Positions 54,549 to 64,000 of a DNA stretch of 64,000 bases are shown here, piece after piece. Under the pieces are notes generated by a model. It did not search any database. It saw only the letters and a list, made by a program, of their open reading frames with translations, and was not told the origin of the DNA. Source of the stretch: Candidatus Omnitrophota bacterium (GTDB lineage Bacteria; Omnitrophota; Gorgyraeia; 2-01-FULL-45-10); contig JAFGJL010000010.1 of the NCBI GenBank assembly GCA_016929115.1, forward strand, positions 331 to 64,330, given 5' to 3'. Within the stretch, counting starts at the first letter, position 1, and each line of letters opens with the position of its first letter. The translations under genes and the position numbers were made by a program.

Positions 54549-55849
54549 TGCTCCTCGGCCTTTTGGCCCTTCTTGGGGCGGCTTGTCTTCGCGAGCCCGT
54601 AGGCCGCGAATATTATATAGACAGGCACGATCATGTCCCTGTGTCTCAGGAGCGTCTCATAGTTGGCTTCCGAAAGCCCGAGAGCCGAAGTGAAGAACAA
54701 CCCGACGGTGATCAGGGCGAGCTTATCCGCCGTCATCTTTTTAAAGGAGAAGCACAATCCCGCTGCGGCAAAGACAACGACCAGATACCATGCGAGCATC
54801 TGCGGCAATATTACGAGCTGCTGGATCTTATTAAACGCAAGAGGCGACGGCCCGAATAAAAATACGCATACGCCCTTCAGATAAGCTATGATCATGTGAA
54901 AGGCGGATACGCCGTCCTGACAGATGCTCCTTCCCGTGGGTATATATGTATAATAACTTTCCGGCAACAGCTTGTATGTAAGGCCTCCGCGATAATTCAG
55001 GATCAAGTGATAATTCAGCATGAACGAGAGCTTTGTCCAGATAAAATCGAACAGCCGGCCGCTCGCCGGATAGAAAGCAAGGAGTGCCCCGGCGAAGGTA
55101 AGCGCCACCCGCCTGTAAGAGAACGCGAACCTGATAAAAAGGTATGCGGCCAGGAAGCCCGCCAGGACGAGCATGGCATTTACCCTCAGCTCAGCGAGCA
55201 GCCATAAAGCGATAGCGGTCACGGCCATAGCTATCAACGGCCCCCTCGCATCATCGGTCTTCTTTATGAACAATACCTGGGATATGACCAGCATGACCAG
55301 CAGGTTTATCAGGGTATCGCGCTGGATACTGGCTGAATAAATAATAAAGGATGGCATGAAGAGCGCTATAGCAAGGGAGATCCGCCCTGTCCGTTCGTCA
55401 AAAGCGCGCCTTGCCACATTATATGTCAAAAACGCCGTAAGAACGCTTGCGCCGCTTATGAAGAATCTTAAAAGGACCGGCGCATACCCGAATACATAAT
55501 AAAATCCTCCTATTATGTATGAAAAGAGGGTTACGCCGTATTCCCTTATAGAAGGCAGTAGGCCGCAGTAATTCACCGGCGTCCCTAAAAGCCCGCCTAT
55601 CAGCGAATAATCGTTGGGGATGCATTGCGCGGGCAGCGCCAAAGTATTGAACCCTTTCAGCACGAGCGCTATGTACCACCCCATTATCGAATACGCCTCT
55701 CCGTCGAACGCGTATATGGGCCTTTTGAGGCCGGCGATGAAGACGTGATAATACGCTGCGCCGATGCAGAACCTTACGATGAGCGCAAGCATAGCGATCT
55801 TGACGCAAAATACGGCCGGTTTCTCCTCGTTAAAAAATTTATTGATCAT
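54545..55849 (-). CDS. Polytopic membrane protein, GT-C-like putative glycosyltransferase/polymerase
   Basis: 434 aa with about 10 or more TM helices and no soluble domain. The context is GT-C/YfhO neighbours. Confidence 0.45.
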   Translation of the reverse strand: MINKFFNEEKPAVFCVKIAMLALIVRFCIGAAYYHVFIAGLKRPIYAFDGEAYSIMGWYIALVLKGFNTLALPAQCIPNDYSLIGGLLGTPVNYCGLLPSIREYGVTLFSYIIGGFYYVFGYAPVLLRFFISGASVLTAFLTYNVARRAFDERTGRISLAIALFMPSFIIYSASIQRDTLINLLVMLVISQVLFIKKTDDARGPLIAMAVTAIALWLLAELRVNAMLVLAGFLAAYLFIRFAFSYRRVALTFAGALLAFYPASGRLFDFIWTKLSFMLNYHLILNYRGGLTYKLLPESYYTYIPTGRSICQDGVSAFHMIIAYLKGVCVFLFGPSPLAFNKIQQLVILPQMLAWYLVVVFAAAGLCFSFKKMTADKLALITVGLFFTSALGLSEANYETLLRHRDMIVPVYIIFAAYGLAKTSRPKKGQKAEEQ

Positions 55850-58353
55850 CGAAGCGGCCTCGCAGCAAAAATGCGCCTGAGCGAAACGGCGAGCATGAGA
55901 GCCATAAGAGCCGCGCAGATGTAGAGCAGCTCGTAAAGGCCTTTCGGCTTAAATATAAAACGCACCCGCTTGTCCCCTGCCCTGACCTGGACGGCCCTGA
56001 ACGCGTAATCCGCCTTAAGGACAGGCCTCTCTTTGCCGTCGACGAACGCCCTCCAGCCAGGAAAATACGTGTCGGAAAGTACCAGGACGCCCTCTTCATC
56101 CCCTTCCGTCTCCACTACAACCTCGTTCGGGCCGTAACTCAAGATGTCCGGATACGATATCCCGGATCCCGCCACCTTTTCCAGCGCAACTCCATGGACG
56201 CGCTCGACGACCGCCTCTCTGGCCGGGTCGAAGGAATCCTCGCGGATCATGCCGTAAGCGGCTTCGCTGTCGGGAGCGACGCGGACGTTGCCGGTAATGA
56301 ACGCGCGCGGCATGGCGCCCGCGTTCCCGTATATCTTTACCTCTTTATCGTATACGAGCTCCCACCTATCGGCCGTTATCTCCTTTTCCGAGACCAGGTA
56401 TTTGACGTTCAGGAACGGCAGGAACTTGCTGTTGTAGTCATTAAAGCGCTCTATGACGATCTCGTCCGGCTCATCGCCCATGATGAACCGGTAATACCAG
56501 CGGGCCTGGCCCAGGTTCTCGTATCCGCGCACATCGTAGAGGCCATAAGGCATGGCGGTGTTCGGCGGATACATGTCCCCGCGCGGCGAGCTTGTCCTCT
56601 CGGAAAAACCTACGATCCTGAACAGGCCGCGGTCTGCGCTGAGGAAACGGGCCGCGTTAGTTACGGGATAGGCGTTCGACGCGCGCGAATACGCCGGAAA
56701 GACGAGGCCGTGCATGAGAAGATCGACCGCAAGCACGATGACGACAACCCCGGTGAAGACGGCCTTGCGCTTCGACACCGCAAGAGCCGCTATCGCGAGG
56801 AATGAGACGAGCGCCAGGCCGAGCGGCACGCGCGCCTCATCGGACGCAAGCAATGAGCCGTAAGCGGATCGCAGCGTCGCCAGATACTGTGTAAAGGCGC
56901 TGAGGCTCTTCAGGCTGTGCGTCCCGTCAAAAAGCGCGCCGGGAAGCGCCTTCTCGGCGGCGGCAAGGAATGATTTAGCCGATACCATATTGACGCGCGA
57001 TAAAATCTCAAGGCAGCCGAATAGAGAGATGAGGAGCGCGAGCGCGATCACCGCTATCTTGACGAATTTTTTTCCGTCATCCCGTAAAAGCCCGTCGCAT
57101 CCCCAGCCAGCCATGACAGCCACCGAAAAGGCGTAGAGCGTCGTGAGCCGGTAATGGTCCACGGACTGGAAATAAGGCATTAATTTTATGACCGGCTTGT
57201 AGACGAACGGCAATGCGAATGACATGAGCGCGATGAGTATCCCGCCGGAAAAGAAGAGATAAAAAAACCTGTCGTGTCTTTTGCGCGCTAAAAAACCCAC
57301 CGCCGCGAGAAAGAGAGTGATGATGCCGACATACGGCGGGCTGAGGCGCATGAAGCCCCTGTTAAAAATATACGTGCCGAACCCGAGGTCCCAGCCGTCG
57401 TACTGTATGCCGTAAAAGAACGGCGAGATATACGAGATGAGCATCTGCGGATAGAGCAGGCTCAGGCCGTAACGGCCGGCTGTCCGCGTGGAATTCGCGA
57501 TATTGATCTTCTGGACGATAAGCTCCGGCAATGCGTATAATACCGCTACCGTTATGATGATGAGCGCGATCGTGGCGTAACGGCCCGATCCTTTTCTATC
57601 TGAAACCGCGGACTGGATAGAACGAAAAACAAGATAGACAAGCGCCATTGCCGAGGCGTAGACGGCAAGTTGTATCTGGCCGGACCAGAAAAAAAGGGCG
57701 AATGATAAGCCGCACCAGAAGGCGGCCGATACGCTTTTCCGCGCAAGCGCCTTTTCTATCAAAAGAAGCGCGAGAGGCAGCCATGAAAAGACGCCCAGGT
57801 AGCTTAAGGTCTGGAACTGTATTACAAATGTCATGTTGAGCATATAGGCGAGCGCCGCCACCAGAGCGCCCGGCCTTCCGGAGCCGATCTGCCGGCTGTA
57901 AAAATACATACCGATACCGGCAACCGCGAACTGGCACATCAAAAATATCCCCCAAGCCTTGACGAAGCTGAAAAGAAAGAAGACGATGTTGAGCGGGTTT
58001 AACGGCGTGGCGAAGTTATTCCCCCATAACGGCGTCCCACACATGATGTAAGGGTTCCATAGCGGCATGATACCCTGCTTCATGAACTGGATAGTGACAA
58101 ATTTAATGGGATACATGTAGAGCACAGGGTCTGTGTCATTATTGAAAGGAGCGGCCGACGCCGCATGGGCTATCCCCTTCCACGGATAGAAGTTATCGAC
58201 GAGCCAGTCGGCGTTGAGCGGCACCATCCCGAGGAACACGAATTTGTAAAAGAATATGGCAAGGGCGGCGAGCAGTATGCCTATCATCAATATATCTTTA
58301 GCCCTTGGACTTAAAAGAATATCTTTGCGATCTTCCATATCCCCTGGTCCCAC
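55846..58353 (-). CDS. YfhO-family (GT-C fold) membrane glycosyltransferase-like protein
   Basis: 835 aa. There is a large N-terminal polytopic domain followed by a C-terminal extracytoplasmic domain of about 250 aa. The architecture and length match YfhO-type proteins that pair with CsbB/GtrB-like GT2. Confidence 0.55.
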   Translation of the reverse strand: MGPGDMEDRKDILLSPRAKDILMIGILLAALAIFFYKFVFLGMVPLNADWLVDNFYPWKGIAHAASAAPFNNDTDPVLYMYPIKFVTIQFMKQGIMPLWNPYIMCGTPLWGNNFATPLNPLNIVFFLFSFVKAWGIFLMCQFAVAGIGMYFYSRQIGSGRPGALVAALAYMLNMTFVIQFQTLSYLGVFSWLPLALLLIEKALARKSVSAAFWCGLSFALFFWSGQIQLAVYASAMALVYLVFRSIQSAVSDRKGSGRYATIALIIITVAVLYALPELIVQKINIANSTRTAGRYGLSLLYPQMLISYISPFFYGIQYDGWDLGFGTYIFNRGFMRLSPPYVGIITLFLAAVGFLARKRHDRFFYLFFSGGILIALMSFALPFVYKPVIKLMPYFQSVDHYRLTTLYAFSVAVMAGWGCDGLLRDDGKKFVKIAVIALALLISLFGCLEILSRVNMVSAKSFLAAAEKALPGALFDGTHSLKSLSAFTQYLATLRSAYGSLLASDEARVPLGLALVSFLAIAALAVSKRKAVFTGVVVIVLAVDLLMHGLVFPAYSRASNAYPVTNAARFLSADRGLFRIVGFSERTSSPRGDMYPPNTAMPYGLYDVRGYENLGQARWYYRFIMGDEPDEIVIERFNDYNSKFLPFLNVKYLVSEKEITADRWELVYDKEVKIYGNAGAMPRAFITGNVRVAPDSEAAYGMIREDSFDPAREAVVERVHGVALEKVAGSGISYPDILSYGPNEVVVETEGDEEGVLVLSDTYFPGWRAFVDGKERPVLKADYAFRAVQVRAGDKRVRFIFKPKGLYELLYICAALMALMLAVSLRRIFAARPLR

Positions 58354-59354
58354 GGCACGCGATGCGATACTCCCTTTGCCTTGCCGAATTTATTTTTATT
58401 ATCGAGATACCATCTGTAATTACGTATGAGCGCATCCTTGTTGGAGTATTTAGGCTTGAATCCTAATACTTTTTCCGCTTTCTCCATGGAGACAAAGGAC
58501 TCGACGTATGCGGTCCCGTAATTCCACTTATAGACCGGAGAAAGTTTCAGATAATGCAACAGCTCAAGAGCCAACAGCGCCGGCTTGACCGGGAAAGATA
58601 CTATCTTCTTGCCGTGCCCGGCGTAATCAAGGACCGCCTGAAAATCCTCGCGGATGGTCCTGAATTCTTTAGCGCCGAGATTGAACGTATCATTAACGGC
58701 ATCCGCATCCTTCGTCATGCAGGCGTATATCGCCTCCGACAGGTCGTAGACGTCCATTAGCTGGAAGAGATTATCGCCTTTTCCCACTATCGGGAAGTTC
58801 TTCCCGGAATCCGCCCAGTCATAAAGGAGCGCGAATATCCCGAGCCTCTCAGGACCTATGAACGACTTCGGCCTTAGGATGGGGACGCACATCCCCTTCT
58901 TCCTGTATTCCCTGCAAAGGCCCTCGGCCATGATCTTCGCCCTGCCGTAGTCGCCGACCTCTTCCCCGCCGAGCGGGTCGGTCTCGTAGATGGGGTGTTT
59001 CTTGGGGATGCCGTAAACGGCTGTCGTGGATATATGGATGAATCTCCGGACCTTATGCCTTAACGCCGCGTCAAGGACGGTGCGCGTGCCTTCGACGTCT
59101 ATGGAATATATGTCTTCCTTCTTGTAGAGCGGCAGCGCAGCTGCCGTATGGACGACCATGTCGATGCCCTCCATGGTTTTATCCATGAGCGCGGCATCCC
59201 TTATGTCGCATTTGATCGCCCTCACCCAGCCTCTTTCAGGGTAATCAAATTCAGCGATATCGACGCATACAATATCCCCGATCCCCTTCTCCATAAGAAG
59301 CCGGATCAGGTTGATCCCCAAAAATCCTGCTCCGCCTGTGACCAGCACCCTCAT
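58311..59354 (-). CDS. NAD-dependent nucleotide-sugar epimerase/dehydratase (extended SDR)
   Basis: MRVLVTGGAGFLGINL and YGRAK (YxxxK). Length is 347 aa. A GGGGGAGG SD lies 7 nt upstream. Confidence 0.8.
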   Translation of the reverse strand: MRVLVTGGAGFLGINLIRLLMEKGIGDIVCVDIAEFDYPERGWVRAIKCDIRDAALMDKTMEGIDMVVHTAAALPLYKKEDIYSIDVEGTRTVLDAALRHKVRRFIHISTTAVYGIPKKHPIYETDPLGGEEVGDYGRAKIMAEGLCREYRKKGMCVPILRPKSFIGPERLGIFALLYDWADSGKNFPIVGKGDNLFQLMDVYDLSEAIYACMTKDADAVNDTFNLGAKEFRTIREDFQAVLDYAGHGKKIVSFPVKPALLALELLHYLKLSPVYKWNYGTAYVESFVSMEKAEKVLGFKPKYSNKDALIRNYRWYLDNKNKFGKAKGVSHRVPWDQGIWKIAKIFF

Positions 59355-59418
59355 AGTAAGGCCTCCCCCATACGCTCCTTATATCCGGCGATGCATTGAA
59401 TGGGCTTCAGTGTCCGCC

Positions 59419-60189
59419 CTAATCATAATATCCGCTCAGCTTGGCCCTGAAATCATGGATCGTATCGTAGCCGTCAACCTCTGTCCTGCGCAATAGATAC
59501 GGATCGACCGACACGCCGTTCAGGCCCTTGATTGTGGAGCAGCCGCCTGTATACCCGGCCTTCTTTACCAAACTAACGATCCTGCCGTTCAGCTTCCCGT
59601 AAGGATAACTTATGGTCTTCGGATCGATACCGGTCTTGCTCAAGATCTCGTCTTTCGACCCTTTGAGCTGCGCGAGCGCCGCCTCATCATCAAGATCCGA
59701 CAGCGCTATGTGGTCGATCATGTGGGAGCCTATCTCGAATCCCATGCGGCCAAGCCGCGCGACGTCGTCCCAGTCCATGTAAACACGCCTGCTGCCGTCG
59801 GTCCAGGCATTGCGGCTCTTGCCGTCTATATATGATGTTGTGACAAAAAATGTGGCCTTCATGCCCCTGGCTGCGATCGCAGCCGCGACTTCGGTGACAT
59901 TATCCTTATATCCGTCATCAAAGGTCAAAGCTATATCTCTGGTCCTGTCCGCCGCGGCTCCGCCCTTGATGATATCAGAGACGGTCTTTGTGAAATACCC
60001 CCGGGCCGCGATCTCATCAAGTTGCCGCCTGAAATTTTCCGGAGGCACCCTGATGGCAAGTCGATGGTCTGCCGGGTTGCCGATCGAATGGTACATAAGG
60101 ATCCTTACCCCATCCGTTTTCCCGCGAAACGGCAAAAGGGACATGACATACGCCCTGATACGATGTATATTTTTCCGCACCATAAACAC
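59419..60189 (-). CDS. Polysaccharide deacetylase (CE4/NodB homology domain)
   Basis: LTFDDGYKDN (NodB motif 1), GSHMIDH (His motif) and RVYMDWDD. Confidence 0.8.
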   Translation of the reverse strand: MFMVRKNIHRIRAYVMSLLPFRGKTDGVRILMYHSIGNPADHRLAIRVPPENFRRQLDEIAARGYFTKTVSDIIKGGAAADRTRDIALTFDDGYKDNVTEVAAAIAARGMKATFFVTTSYIDGKSRNAWTDGSRRVYMDWDDVARLGRMGFEIGSHMIDHIALSDLDDEAALAQLKGSKDEILSKTGIDPKTISYPYGKLNGRIVSLVKKAGYTGGCSTIKGLNGVSVDPYLLRRTEVDGYDTIHDFRAKLSGYYD

Positions 60190-60192
60190 ACC

Positions 60193-61629
60193 TTAAGCCG
60201 CGAAACGTTTTTTAAATATCATCTTCAGCATGCGAAGCGCCGTCTTCGAGACCTTGAGATAGTTTTGGGAATGCTTTGAGACGCCGGTCGCGCGCTTGTA
60301 ATAAGATATCGGTATCTCGACGATGCGCTTGCGCGCGCGCAGCACCTCTATCATCATCTCCGGCGAGAACTCCGGCCCTGTGCCGGAAAGCCGGTCGCGT
60401 ATCTTCATGTACGTATCGCGCCATATCGCGCGGTACGTGCAGCCGACGTCGGTGAAGCGCGGCTCCTGGCCCCACCAGAGCGCCTCGACGAGCTTGCCGA
60501 CCGCGACGTTGCCCCACCGCAAGGCCCCCTTCATGTTCGCGCCCTGCTCTATCATCTGCCGCGTCGTGCGCGTGCCGATGACCATGTCCGAATCCTTCAG
60601 GTACTCCAGGAACTTGCCGAGGTCCTTGGCGCGGAACGAATGGTCCGCTTCTACGACAATAAGGATGTCGCCCTTCGCGTGGTCAAGGCCGTATTTTATC
60701 GTGTCGCCGTAGCCCTTCAACTTCACCGTCTCGACGCGCGCGCCCGCCTGCTCGGCGACGCGCCTCGTCCTGTCAGCGGATGAATTGTCGACGACAAAGA
60801 CCTCGTCGACCTTGCCTGCGAAGTCCTTCACCACGCAACCTATCGACTCCTCCTCGTTGTAGGCCGGTATGACGACGCTCGTCTTGAAGGAGCTGAAGAA
60901 CGTCGAGCGGTACATGTAATTGGCGTAGTTGTAGTCCTCGACCGAATTGATGTTGTGGTACTCGCCTTCAAGGAAGATGCCGCGCACGGCTTTACCTTCC
61001 CTGACGAGCGTATTGATGGCGTCGGTCAGCTCGACCCTGCCGGACTTTTTCGACGGTTTGGTGCGCTCTATCGCGCCGAATATCTCGGGCGTAAAGATGT
61101 AGGTGCCGATGCCGAGGACCGGGCCATCCGCCTTATTCGGCTTCTCTTCGAGCGAGGCCACCCTGTCGCCCTTGAGTTTCACGGTGTAGTTCTTCGCTAT
61201 CATCTTGAAGTCGTCGGACCTCAACAGGCAGCATGCGGCGGCGAGACCGCCCATGTCCATACCCTTCAGGATAGCGTGGTTCGAATTTATATACACTTCG
61301 TCGCCCAGGATCGTGACGAAATCCTCTTTTATCCTGTCCTTGGCGAGCAATATACCCTTCGCGAGGCCGCTCGCATGGTCATCGCAGTCTATATATTGTA
61401 TCTTGACCCCGAACCGCGATCCGTCCTTCAGGAAAGACTTTATCGTATCGCCCATGTAGCCGGTTATGGCCCAGATATCCTTTATGCCGAGCCTGTCCCT
61501 CATTATCTCGATATTGCGCAGGATGACGGGTTTGCCCGCTATCTCGAGCATCACCTTCGGGATATAGGTAGTCGCCGGATAGGCTCGGACGCCCGCGCCC
61601 GCGGCCGGTATAAGAGCTTTCGTTATCAT
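60193..61629 (-). CDS. Bifunctional fusion: sugar-1-phosphate nucleotidylyltransferase (N) + GT2 polyprenyl-phosphate/DPM-synthase-like glycosyltransferase (C)
   Basis: The N-terminus has KALIPAAGAGVRAYP...PKVMLEIAGKPV (NTP_transferase). The C-terminus has SVVIPAYNEEESI...VVDNSSADRT...VEADHS (GT2). Length is 478 aa. Confidence 0.75.
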   Translation of the reverse strand: MITKALIPAAGAGVRAYPATTYIPKVMLEIAGKPVILRNIEIMRDRLGIKDIWAITGYMGDTIKSFLKDGSRFGVKIQYIDCDDHASGLAKGILLAKDRIKEDFVTILGDEVYINSNHAILKGMDMGGLAAACCLLRSDDFKMIAKNYTVKLKGDRVASLEEKPNKADGPVLGIGTYIFTPEIFGAIERTKPSKKSGRVELTDAINTLVREGKAVRGIFLEGEYHNINSVEDYNYANYMYRSTFFSSFKTSVVIPAYNEEESIGCVVKDFAGKVDEVFVVDNSSADRTRRVAEQAGARVETVKLKGYGDTIKYGLDHAKGDILIVVEADHSFRAKDLGKFLEYLKDSDMVIGTRTTRQMIEQGANMKGALRWGNVAVGKLVEALWWGQEPRFTDVGCTYRAIWRDTYMKIRDRLSGTGPEFSPEMMIEVLRARKRIVEIPISYYKRATGVSKHSQNYLKVSKTALRMLKMIFKKRFAA

Positions 61630-63363
61630 CTATCCACCCACTTTTATGACTGAAAAATAGCGGTCCTCGTAGGCCGTCTTGAAGCCGGCGCCAAGCAGAT
61701 CCTTGATAACATCGTCATCCCTGCCCTTGACCGCCACCACATAATCCACCTTGTACTTCTTCGCGAGCCTCAAGCCGTCCTCGGACAGCATCATTTTATA
61801 CCGCGAGACCAGCGCCTTGCGCTCGGTCTCCATGAACTCCCTGGTCCTGTTCGAGTCGCCGGTGAGGAATATCGCGCCGTCCCATGAATACGGATGGCTG
61901 ACGGCCTCGTCGAGCGTCAGGCCAAAAAGCCTGTAAGCGGCGAGCATCCTGTAACGCGTCTCACCTGCCGATATGAGAGAGAGGCAGAAGAACGGTTCAG
62001 AATAGTAGACATAGCTCTTGGTGTAGATCGGGATGAGCTCTGACAACCGGATATCATTGGGTGACGGCAGTATTACGTCGCCGGGTAACGCGTTGGCGTT
62101 CAACCAGCGGAAAGCCCCGGCCATCTGCTGCAGCTTCAGGTTGTCGTTAAAGTGGTGGCGGTGGTAATTCAGCTGCATTCCGATGCCGTGAACGAGAAGC
62201 GCCGAGAAGAACAGGGCGGGCAGTGCGACCTGGAGCCAGGCCAGGCGCGTTCTCCTGGCTGCGAGGACTTTGGCAAGCGCGGCGACCGACAGGATGACCG
62301 TGATTATGAGCACGAACTTGCCGGTATAGGCGGTCCAGTGGCTCTCTTTGAAAAGTCTTCCGGTCAGTACCTGCTGATTTACCAGCAGGATGACCGCCGC
62401 GAGCATCGCTGCCAGAAACTGGAAGGTCCTCTTCCCCGATACGGCGACGATGGCCCTGCGCGCCAGTAAAAGAAAAGCAAGCGCTGCCACGGTCGCGACC
62501 GGCAAGACCGGCTTGTGCGTGTAAGCGACGTTAAAACGCAGGAGCAGGAGTCCATAGTTCGGGTCCCGCATAGTCTGGATATTCATCATCCAGTACGGTA
62601 CCGACACGATAGCCCCGATCACGGCAATGGCGAACGCCTTCCTGAAAGCGGAAAGATCCTTCTGCGCCAGGAAAACGATGCACAGGACGCCGATAGTCGC
62701 ATATATGTGCATCCAGTAGAACACGCTTACGTAGAAAAGCGAGCCGAGAAAGATCCCGGCAAGCCAGACAAATGTTTTTCTGCCATCATTGAGCGCCTTG
62801 TACAGGAAGATGAGCGCCAGCGTAAAGAATACAAAGTGCATCTGCGGCGTTATCGGCCTGGCGAACCATAGCGGCAGATGGTATCCCGTATTAATGAGCT
62901 TGCCGCCAAAAATGAATATTTTGGAGGCGAGGTGCATGCCGAAGAGCACGCCTGCCGCCATCGCGATCGAACACCACTTCACGCCCGATATTTCATACGA
63001 GAACACGAATACGAGGATAAAGATCAGCGCCGGCATCAGGAAAGTCCATAACATATCAAGCTGCGCCACTGAAAGGACGAGGGCCTTGCCTATAAGCGCC
63101 TCGATAGACTCGCAGATAGTCGGCATGATGACCGGATCGTTGCGGTGTTCGTATATGGCCGGATTGCGGGCCAGAAAGTCACCCCTGTAGATCGCGTTGA
63201 TCCGGCCCAGATAGACCGTCTCGTCGCGGAAACCGATCGGCACTATGCCCTTATACCTGTTGCCGGCCTCTTGCACAAACCGGAGGTCCGGGTAGATATA
63301 TATCAACCCGGCGAAGACCGCCAAGACGAACACTAGCGCTAAGGTTTTTTTCTTTGTATCCAT
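61630..63363 (-). CDS. Polytopic membrane protein with C-terminal soluble domain (GT-C/YfhO-like architecture), function unknown
   Basis: 577 aa. There are about 12 predicted hydrophobic helices and then a hydrophilic tail of about 150 aa. Confidence 0.45.
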   Translation of the reverse strand: MDTKKKTLALVFVLAVFAGLIYIYPDLRFVQEAGNRYKGIVPIGFRDETVYLGRINAIYRGDFLARNPAIYEHRNDPVIMPTICESIEALIGKALVLSVAQLDMLWTFLMPALIFILVFVFSYEISGVKWCSIAMAAGVLFGMHLASKIFIFGGKLINTGYHLPLWFARPITPQMHFVFFTLALIFLYKALNDGRKTFVWLAGIFLGSLFYVSVFYWMHIYATIGVLCIVFLAQKDLSAFRKAFAIAVIGAIVSVPYWMMNIQTMRDPNYGLLLLRFNVAYTHKPVLPVATVAALAFLLLARRAIVAVSGKRTFQFLAAMLAAVILLVNQQVLTGRLFKESHWTAYTGKFVLIITVILSVAALAKVLAARRTRLAWLQVALPALFFSALLVHGIGMQLNYHRHHFNDNLKLQQMAGAFRWLNANALPGDVILPSPNDIRLSELIPIYTKSYVYYSEPFFCLSLISAGETRYRMLAAYRLFGLTLDEAVSHPYSWDGAIFLTGDSNRTREFMETERKALVSRYKMMLSEDGLRLAKKYKVDYVVAVKGRDDDVIKDLLGAGFKTAYEDRYFSVIKVGG

Positions 63364-63364
63364 A

Positions 63365-64000
63365 TTATAATTTCCGGTATCTCTGCACGGTAAGGTCGCC
63401 GAATTTTTTCGAATCGACCGGCGTGTACCGCCCGTTCAGAAAGGAGTTGAACCGCTCGTGGCAGCGGCGTGATTCGAGCTTCTCCGGATAGGAGATAAAG
63501 ACGATCTCTCTGTCGGCTATGCGCCGGACATCCGGGTCTTCGAGCTGGTGCAGGTTGGGCATATCGTAGAAATAATACTTGAACGAACCGCCGAACGACG
63601 GCGATACTATCGCGGTCTCGCGTGTCGCGACCGCCTTGGCATAAGCATGCGCGCCTTTCAGGTCCATCTCCTTGTCCGCGTAAAGGAAGACCAGGCGGCT
63701 TAAGAATACCGCCGACACTGCCGCGAGAAGCAGATATTGCGCCTTCTCGGAAAGTACGGCGCGGCATGCTGCCACCAGGAAGAGAACGAGAAAGACGAAA
63801 CTTGCGATGAAATAATGGCTCATCAGCACTATCTTTACGGCCTGGTGCAGGAATATAGCTATGGCAAAAGGGACTGCCGCAAGGATCAGGAAGAAATAGG
63901 CGTATTTGCGCTCATCCCGCGTAAACTTAGGGCTGCGGATGTATTTGGCAGCTAGCAATGTCGCGGCGAGGGAGGATATAAGCATGCCGGCGAGGGAGGC
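63365..64000 (-). CDS. Membrane protein, C-terminal part (5' end lies beyond the window edge)
   Basis: The ORF runs in frame to the window edge. There are hydrophobic helices then a soluble C-terminus. It is likely another GT-C-type protein. Confidence 0.45.
   Translation of the reverse strand, partial: ASLAGMLISSLAATLLAAKYIRSPKFTRDERKYAYFFLILAAVPFAIAIFLHQAVKIVLMSHYFIASFVFLVLFLVAACRAVLSEKAQYLLLAAVSAVFLSRLVFLYADKEMDLKGAHAYAKAVATRETAIVSPSFGGSFKYYFYDMPNLHQLEDPDVRRIADREIVFISYPEKLESRRCHERFNSFLNGRYTPVDSKKFGDLTVQRYRKL

Noticed and set aside
1-64000. CRISPR arrays, tRNA/rRNA genes, transposases/integrases, phage genes
   Set aside because: No regularly spaced direct repeats, no cloverleaf-like conserved tRNA segments, and no ORF with DDE/tyrosine-recombinase or phage structural signatures were seen. 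The locus appears purely biosynthetic.

Overview
This window is a single, essentially uninterrupted, minus-strand gene array of about 58 CDS over 64 kb, with moderately high GC. Every domain I can recognise belongs to a cell-surface glycan (LPS, capsule or glycoconjugate) biosynthesis supercluster.

Recognised content:
- Glycosyltransferases: a WecA/MraY-family initiating phosphotransferase, at least 9 GT2 genes (a tandem pair, a tandem triplet, and three polyprenyl-phosphate-sugar-synthase types), GT4 enzymes (including a tandem GT4-GT4 protein and a GT4-DUF218 fusion), a GT9 heptosyltransferase and a CgeB-like GT.
- Membrane assembly proteins: an O-antigen-ligase-like protein, an MsbA/PglK-like ABC exporter and five polytopic GT-C-like membrane proteins (ArnT/PMT-like, YfhO-like, others).
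- Radical SAM enzymes: six cobalamin-binding (class B) and two SPASM-type.
- Methyltransferases: six SAM-dependent (a TylF-like O-MT, two Cys4 zinc-ribbon MTs, a Trm112-ribbon MT).
- A nonulosonic/ulosonic-acid module: two SAF-less NeuB-family synthases, three CMP-sugar synthetase (NeuA/KdsB-family) genes, a KdsC-family phosphatase, two class-III aminotransferases, a formyltransferase, SDRs and a TIM-barrel sugar-phosphate isomerase.
- A polysaccharide deacetylase, two NAD-dependent epimerases/dehydratases, an RmlD-like reductase and an embedded GbsR/MarR-like regulator.

Genes are very tightly packed, with many verified ATGA stop/start overlaps. Intergenic DNA is scarce but carries two long perfect palindromes, a heptamer dyad-repeat element, a 163-bp AT-rich island and a textbook sigma70 promoter.

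I see no rRNA, tRNA, CRISPR, transposase or integrase. The long plus-strand ORFs in the track are antisense shadows of the minus-strand genes.

The most unusual aspects are the density of B12-radical-SAM enzymes inside a glycan locus and an apparently non-canonical nonulosonic-acid pathway with several bifunctional fusions.
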